A DNA stretch of 64,000 nt from Thaumarchaeota archaeon UBA141. Its GTDB lineage: Archaea > Thermoproteota > Nitrososphaeria > Nitrososphaerales > UBA141. Positions 58,571-64,000 of this stretch are shown piece after piece; positions within the stretch are counted from its first letter, which is position 1; the number at the start of each line of letters is the position of its first letter. The DNA is taken from assembly GCA_002495315.1 (NCBI GenBank), contig DAEN01000040.1:51553-115552 (forward strand), read 5' to 3'. A program made the translations under genes and the position numbers. The notes beneath the pieces are model-generated. The model did not search any database. It was not told where the DNA came from and saw only the letters and a program-made list of their open reading frames with translations.

Positions 58571-59497
58571 TTACTTTTTCATTTGAAGTAGCTCAATGTT
58601 ATGACATATTTGACAGAGGTTATTCGACGAGATTTCTCCACATTTGAGACATTGAGACGCAGAGTCATCCTTTTGAATGTCTAAGGATTGCGCTATTCCG
58701 ATAACAGCACGAAGGGTTGTATATTTGATTCCTGAGTGTTCCTTCTCTAATGCATTTAGCATTTGACGAATCTCAGACCTGATGCCTTCGTTCATATAGG
58801 GACAGCTGATGTTCTGAAAGCGGTTTCCACTCACGTAAGAATGAAAAGCAATTTCACGCTCATAGATCTCCATTAGTGGTTTGATTCTGCGGATCGCGTC
58901 GGGATTCTTGGGCCTAAGAATGGGGTCGAGCTGGCGAATTCGTTCAAAGTCTCCACTAAGAGTGTTGATGAAGTGGGTTTGAATAATATCATCTAAATTG
59001 TGACCTGTTGCTATGACAGTAGCACCAATCTTCCGCGCGGCTAGATCAATTGCCCGTCTCCTAAATGGTCCACAAGTACTACAGGCTGTTATTTTCATAT
59101 CCCCGCGCCGTCGTAATGCTTCATCCAATCCCATACCAAATATCTCCTCGTAGGAAAATAGATGCATTCTCAGACCCAAATCTGTCGAAATTTCTTTCGC
59201 AAGTTGAATTCCTTCATCACGGTACCCCGCGATCCCTTCATCTATCGTGATGACCTCAAGAGATGAGTCATGGCCTGAACAGATTTGCTTAAGGATACGG
59301 ACTAACGCTAAGCTGTCTTTTCCCCCAGAGACAGCTACAGCTATCCTATCGTTGTGTTCAAGCATATCGTATTTCGCGATTGTTCTCTTAACTTTCTCTT
59401 CAATTGAGGCAATAAAACACAGCGCACAAAGATGCTGGCCTGAATACGGTCTAGAATAGACGGAGGGTTTTCCGCACTTATTGCATTCTTTGTGCAT
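58571..59497 (-). CDS. tRNA 2-thiolation protein (TtuA/Ncs6/NcsA family)
   Basis: N-terminal CxxC/CxxC, SGGKDS PP-loop, CSTCG, TGHNLDD, CPY, C-terminal CxxC/CxxC. Confidence 0.92.
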   Translation of the reverse strand: MHKECNKCGKPSVYSRPYSGQHLCALCFIASIEEKVKRTIAKYDMLEHNDRIAVAVSGGKDSLALVRILKQICSGHDSSLEVITIDEGIAGYRDEGIQLAKEISTDLGLRMHLFSYEEIFGMGLDEALRRRGDMKITACSTCGPFRRRAIDLAARKIGATVIATGHNLDDIIQTHFINTLSGDFERIRQLDPILRPKNPDAIRRIKPLMEIYEREIAFHSYVSGNRFQNISCPYMNEGIRSEIRQMLNALEKEHSGIKYTTLRAVIGIAQSLDIQKDDSASQCLKCGEISSNNLCQICHNIELLQMKK

Positions 59498-59635
59498 TTC
59501 GTAACCATGACCTTTAGAGCTATAAAGACGATGGTGTAAATCAACTCATTCCGATATTTCCTGCGGGGTAATACGTAACCCTCATACTTTTTAGCTAGAC
59601 ATAGAATATTTATTCGAAGTAGGTCTGACGAAGAA

Positions 59636-60841
59636 ATGAGCGAAGCCGAGGAACAATCGAAGGCTATTGAAGTAAAGTTCCCCTTAATCTTCCTCCGGAC
59701 CAAGAGAGGCATTCAGTTGATGGAGCGCTTGGGTCGGATGAAGTTGACCCGTGTGCTCGCATGGATTCTACTCGTCGTAGTTCCCATCTCTGCTGCACTT
59801 TTCATGTTTCTAATCCTAAACGTTGTAATCAGGTTCTTATCCGATCCCTTTGCTCGCGCGCTGATACGAGATCTTGGACCACAGGCAAATTTTCTGATCC
59901 CCGGTCTGAATCCCTACGTACCGGTCCTATATGGTTGGGTAGCAATAGTAACCGGCCTGATAGTTCATGAGGGTGGACATGGGATTCTCGCTAGGTCTCT
60001 CAATCTGCCAGTAAAGTCTAGCGGCCTAATGCTATTGTTGGGTCTCCCTATAGGTGCATTTGTTGAGATCGACGATAAGGAGTTAGCCAAGGCCCGCTTG
60101 CGCGATTCAGGACGTGTTTTAGCTGCCGGACCTGGGAACAATATTGTGGCAGGTTCAATATCTCTTGTCGCATTACTATTGCTCGTGAGCTCAATGACTC
60201 CCATGGTGGTTGGTGTTGGAGTTTTAGGGGTCTTGGAGGGCTATCCACCAGCAGAGGTTGGGATTCTACCTGGAGATGTCATTCAGGAGCTCAATGGAAG
60301 AACAATACCGGATATTCAGACACTAACTCTTGTTCGTCGGCAGTTTGCTCCAGGGGATGAGGTTACCGTAAAAATAATGAGAGATTCAGATTTTCTATCT
60401 TATACGTTGAAGCTAGCTTCTGACCCTAACGATAAAAGCGTGGGTTTCCTCGGAATCATAGCCCAGGATTTCAAGAACACGGCCAATAACTATCTTGCCT
60501 CGCCTGCCCTATTCTTCGCCCCGCCAACGTTTCCTGGTCTTGGAAATAGTGTGCCTTTCTCCCCCGTATTGGAGCGCTTTTTCACATCTCCCATGGGCGT
60601 TCTGACCCATCCTCTGGCAAATCTTCTCTATTGGATATGGTTTGTCAATATTAATTTGGCACTATTCAATGCCTTGCCCATATACCCACTCGATGGTGGG
60701 CAAATGCTCCGGTTCTCCCTTCGAAGAGTTAGTGGAGGGCGACTAAGCGAACGTCTTCAGATGCGTCTTACCATAGCGACTACTCTTACTGTAATTGCTA
60801 TAATTGCTATTTATCTCATAATTCCATACATTATGTTTTAG
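59636..60841 (+). CDS. Site-2 (M50) intramembrane protease with PDZ domain
   Basis: HEGGH, GAFVE, AAGP, PDZ, FNALP.YPLDGG. Confidence 0.94.
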   Translation: MSEAEEQSKAIEVKFPLIFLRTKRGIQLMERLGRMKLTRVLAWILLVVVPISAALFMFLILNVVIRFLSDPFARALIRDLGPQANFLIPGLNPYVPVLYGWVAIVTGLIVHEGGHGILARSLNLPVKSSGLMLLLGLPIGAFVEIDDKELAKARLRDSGRVLAAGPGNNIVAGSISLVALLLLVSSMTPMVVGVGVLGVLEGYPPAEVGILPGDVIQELNGRTIPDIQTLTLVRRQFAPGDEVTVKIMRDSDFLSYTLKLASDPNDKSVGFLGIIAQDFKNTANNYLASPALFFAPPTFPGLGNSVPFSPVLERFFTSPMGVLTHPLANLLYWIWFVNINLALFNALPIYPLDGGQMLRFSLRRVSGGRLSERLQMRLTIATTLTVIAIIAIYLIIPYIMF

Positions 60842-60861
60842 CGTACTACACTTAGGAACTA

Positions 60862-60882
60862 GGAGCTTAATGATTAAGCTCC
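60862..60882. promoter_or_regulatory. Perfect 10-bp inverted repeat (operator or terminator-like)
   Basis: GGAGCTTAAT-G-ATTAAGCTCC between the S2P stop and rpiB. Confidence 0.5.
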
Positions 60883-60968
60883 ATCCGTCTATTCACAGTT
60901 GCATGTTCTTCTAACTAGATAGATGGGTCATCCCTAAATATCGCCACGAACTGATGAGTCTTTGTTTC

Positions 60969-61421
60969 ATGGCCAAGATAGCTGTAGCGACCGACGAAAC
61001 GACACCACTAACTGACTACGTTATTGCAGAGCTCAAGAGACGCGGATTCGAGGTGCAGCTATTTAGTCCACTTCCAGAAAAGGACCTGGAATGGGTCGAT
61101 GCTAGCCGCGAGATGGCAGAAGCAATTGCTGGAGGAAACTGTGACCAAGGAGTCTTGTTCTGTTGGACAGGCACTGGTTCTTCTATTGCTGCGAATAAGG
61201 TTCCAGGTATTCGAGCGGCCTTATGCGTGGATGCAGAGGAAGCCATAGGAGCTCGTAAATATAATCACGCTAACGTCCTTGTTATGAGTATCCGTCTGAC
61301 CTCAATACCCATGGCCGAAGAGATACTTTCGGCCTGGTTCCGGGAATCCTATGGAGACGAGGACTTCGATATTAGAAACGTCCAAAAGCTCAAAGAACTC
61401 GAGCAAAAGTATCTTCGTTAG
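60969..61421 (+). CDS. RpiB/LacA/LacB family sugar-phosphate isomerase
   Basis: GVLFCWTGTG.SIAANKVPGIRAAL, AR.YN.ANVL; ATG 60969 preferred. Confidence 0.88.
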   Translation: MAKIAVATDETTPLTDYVIAELKRRGFEVQLFSPLPEKDLEWVDASREMAEAIAGGNCDQGVLFCWTGTGSSIAANKVPGIRAALCVDAEEAIGARKYNHANVLVMSIRLTSIPMAEEILSAWFRESYGDEDFDIRNVQKLKELEQKYLR

Positions 61422-61492
61422 ATACACACATGGAATGACTGATAATTCAGTCTAGTTGATATAACAAAGAAGGATGGGCAGTCAGGAACGGC

Positions 61493-62554
61493 TTATCGAC
61501 CATATCGGAGAAGAGCCACAGCCCCACCAAGAGCCGTTGCTTGTTTCCCTGCATCTGTAGTGTGATCTACCAAGAACGACTCTCCTCCGAATTTCTCTAC
61601 CAAGTTTAGAAATTTAACGAGCAAATCCTCGTTTACGAGTCCTTCAAAGATCTTGTCTGATATTATCACTGCTTCTACAGATCCGTCTTGTGCTGCTTTC
61701 AAGCAATCTTTTAGACCGATTGATACGCTGGGGTTTTTTGTGCTGAGTCGCTTCACGGCCTCCTCTAAGAGATTAAGGACTTTTGCAAGCTTGCTACCTT
61801 CTAGCGTGTCTCTAAGATTCTTGGAACGAAGGGCTGAGTAGACTCCGTCTTCCCCTGAGAGATCAACTCCCTCAAGGAGTCGGATCACCATATTGCTTCC
61901 CATTTCGGTGGTGAGGTAATTGGAGAATTGATTTTTCACTAGTCCTGGTCCAGCTATGAAGAGCATTCCAGCTTCTCCCATGCCAATATTCTGGACTAGA
62001 TGTTCAACCCGTTTGAAGTAACCTGCACCAATTCCTTTTGGCTCATTATATTGCTTGCCAGACTGCCCTGATTGTACACTGGGATACAATTGAAGATGAG
62101 TGCCATCAACCCTCCCAACGCCGGCCTCGCGGGAATCTATTGTCACTACCACAAAGCTCGTGTTCTTTTCATCTGGCTGGGACAAGAGACGTTTCTCGAC
62201 CTCAGACCACCTTTGTTTTCGGAGTGTTAGGCGATGATTTGGTGTCACTATGACCGAATGGAAAGAACCCTTGGCTAGAAACTCTGTAGAGACGTCACGG
62301 ATCTTGCCCGATATGCGTAATCTGTCAAGCTGGCTATCTAGGCCAGCTCTTTCTACCTCTAAAACAATTCTGACTTTGATTCTTTCTCCTTTGTCTGGTC
62401 TCTGGAATTCTCCCTTCTGTTTAGCCACACGACGAGTGTCAGTTTCAATGTAATCGCCTCCAGCTATGATCCTTCGGAGAATCCAGAGATCATCAGCACT
62501 TGTTGGGGTAACTTCTACAATTCCTGCACGAAAGAGTATCTGATGTAAGATCAT
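61493..62554 (-). CDS. pelA: mRNA surveillance protein Pelota
   Basis: DDLW.L..II..GD, T.R, RLRISG.I, G.FH, AGPG..K, G.Q...LGG..ALLRY. Confidence 0.94.
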   Translation of the reverse strand: MILHQILFRAGIVEVTPTSADDLWILRRIIAGGDYIETDTRRVAKQKGEFQRPDKGERIKVRIVLEVERAGLDSQLDRLRISGKIRDVSTEFLAKGSFHSVIVTPNHRLTLRKQRWSEVEKRLLSQPDEKNTSFVVVTIDSREAGVGRVDGTHLQLYPSVQSGQSGKQYNEPKGIGAGYFKRVEHLVQNIGMGEAGMLFIAGPGLVKNQFSNYLTTEMGSNMVIRLLEGVDLSGEDGVYSALRSKNLRDTLEGSKLAKVLNLLEEAVKRLSTKNPSVSIGLKDCLKAAQDGSVEAVIISDKIFEGLVNEDLLVKFLNLVEKFGGESFLVDHTTDAGKQATALGGAVALLRYGR

Positions 62555-62563
62555 CAGCGAAGC

Positions 62564-63724
62564 TTATTCGAGGCCGAGATCTCGAAATGTTTTCAAAGTA
62601 AGCTTTGCGGGCTTTTCTTTGACTTGAGCTAGACGAAGTCCAACAATAACCTCGACTCCAGCCTTTGCTGCTGAGTCGACAAGGCGCTGCGTAACTATTC
62701 CGTCGAAGACAATGTATTTGACATCAGTAGCAGATTCTAGCTGGGTTAATATTCCACTTACAGGAAGTTTGGATATTTGGTCAAGGTCCTTGTTGAGCAT
62801 CAAACCTTCCAAGGTCCCGCTGAGTTCGGTATAGATGCCAAGAACTTTTTGGTGAACAGCATCAGGGAGAGGTGTAGGAGGCGGTGCTGGCTTTTCTGCC
62901 ACTTGTTTCTTTGGAGCTTCTTGAGACTTGGGAGCATTCTTTAAGATATCAAGGACCTCTATTGGTGTAAGATCTTCTACTTCTTTACCTGTAGGAGCCC
63001 TCAAAAACTTGTGGATCCTCGCAACCTGTGTGAGCTCTTTTTGAATTAAATCTCCACCTCTGTCTCCATCTAGGAGTGCGATCATCTCTTTCTCTTTGGA
63101 GAGCTTGATGACGGAATTGGGTACGCTTGTTCCCTCCAGAGCTACTACGTTCTCTAGTCCAGCGCGGAGAAGGACGTTCACGTCAGCTCGCCCCTCAACT
63201 AAGAAAACAGTTCCTGAAGAGAAGACTCCTGAACCAGCGGGTAACGAATCTTTTCCATAGCTTATAATTTTGGGCCGGTGAGTTGCATCAGACACGTCCT
63301 TTAGAAGCTCTTCACCTTGACTCGACGATCTAGATGCCCATTCCTTCATGATGCCTTTTGCTCTATCTACGATGGCCTTGCGTTTTGTACTGCGTATATC
63401 TTCGACACCTACAAGTTGAAAATGAGCACCACAAGGACCGACTTTCTCGACGCTTTCAACAGCAGCTGCTATGACGGCAGCAGTTGAAATGTCAGTTGAC
63501 ATGGGGATGATGACTTCCCCACTGGTTTTGTCGTTCTTTGAAGTTAGGTTGATTTCTATACGTCCTATCTTCCAGGTCTTTTGGAGCTCGTTAAGGTTCA
63601 TCTCAGGACCAAAAAGGCCCTCAGTTTGACCGAATATTGCTCCTATAAGATCTGCTTTCTCAACCACACCTTCTATCTCGAACTTTAACTTCACATGATA
63701 CTTGACAACGCCAGAATCCGGCAT
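62564..63724 (-). CDS. dnaG: Archaeal DnaG (TOPRIM; exosome-associated)
   Basis: KY...F...GVVEK.D..GAIFGQTEGL.G, VEGRADV, DGDRGG, EVE.L, FDG.VTQRL.D. Confidence 0.96.
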   Translation of the reverse strand: MPDSGVVKYHVKLKFEIEGVVEKADLIGAIFGQTEGLFGPEMNLNELQKTWKIGRIEINLTSKNDKTSGEVIIPMSTDISTAAVIAAAVESVEKVGPCGAHFQLVGVEDIRSTKRKAIVDRAKGIMKEWASRSSSQGEELLKDVSDATHRPKIISYGKDSLPAGSGVFSSGTVFLVEGRADVNVLLRAGLENVVALEGTSVPNSVIKLSKEKEMIALLDGDRGGDLIQKELTQVARIHKFLRAPTGKEVEDLTPIEVLDILKNAPKSQEAPKKQVAEKPAPPPTPLPDAVHQKVLGIYTELSGTLEGLMLNKDLDQISKLPVSGILTQLESATDVKYIVFDGIVTQRLVDSAAKAGVEVIVGLRLAQVKEKPAKLTLKTFRDLGLE

Positions 63725-63869
63725 ATGTTAAGCCTCCAATAACTACTTCAGTTGACAAACTCAAGCAATATATTACGTTGTTATCTGCAATATAAGGTCT
63801 TCGATCTAGAAATTAGGAAAAATCCAGGCTAGATTCTCTGATATTGAATAAAACTCATCCCTTGTGATA

Positions 63870-64000
63870 TCACCAGACGTAGGCTGCCAAAAACTCTTGA
63901 TAGCGTTTGAGATCCTCTACCTGATTGACTGAGCCTTTAGTCACGATATTCAGCTGCTTCCGGAAAGACAGATCGAATTTTCTTTTTCTAGCGTTGAGTA
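63870..64000 (-). CDS. Probable 3' end of an unidentified gene running off the window
   Basis: Open minus frame ...LNARKRKFDLSFRKQLNIVTKGSVNQVEDLKRYQEFLAAYVW* ending at TGA 63872-63870. Confidence 0.4.
   Translation of the reverse strand, partial: LNARKRKFDLSFRKQLNIVTKGSVNQVEDLKRYQEFLAAYVW

Noticed and set aside
365..62453. Many 60-160 aa antisense or off-frame ORFs in the track (e.g. 15816-16286, 25237-25728, 47781-48182, 52153-52563)
   Set aside because: They lie within well-supported genes and lack motifs, so they are shadow ORFs
1..64000. CRISPR arrays, IS elements, integrases, provirus or defence systems
   Set aside because: No repeat-spacer periodicity or transposase, recombinase, capsid or defence motifs seen; the longest repeats have only two copies

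Overview
This is an archaeal chromosomal window, almost certainly from Nitrososphaerota (Thaumarchaeota). Markers: a Ser-type thaumarchaeosortase, a PEF(G)-CTERM-type substrate, a degenerate FtsZ, a stand-alone 5S rRNA, tandem purP paralogs and a protein ending in a thaumarchaeal S-layer-like domain. GcvPA/PB, malic enzyme, a ThDP decarboxylase, PrpB-like lyase, amidohydrolases and an AsnRS-type synthetase suggest a basal, probably heterotrophic lineage (inference). Most of the window is dense housekeeping: translation and RNA modification, the aspartate-to-threonine pathway, purP, Hef, cdc6, pelota and dnaG. It also holds 5S rRNA, SRP RNA and four intron-containing tRNAs (Lys-UUU, Thr-CGU, Leu-CAG, Ser-GGA), two with introns at non-canonical positions. 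I saw no CRISPR array, transposase, integrase or defence system. The best candidate for an under-described system is a two-locus cell-surface module. Locus 1 (S-layer-domain protein, signal peptidase, two GT2s, divergent PEF-CTERM protein) sits inside the threonine cluster. Locus 2 is a coupled operon of thaumarchaeosortase, processive GT2 and a membrane protein. Other leads: a ubiquitin-like protein with a masked C-terminus next to a tRNA methylthiotransferase, two uncharacterised Zn-finger proteins flanking purP, an arcadin-1-like gene, a probable CTG start, and perfect palindromes or direct repeats in promoter regions. All family calls come from motif recognition by eye; no database search was run.
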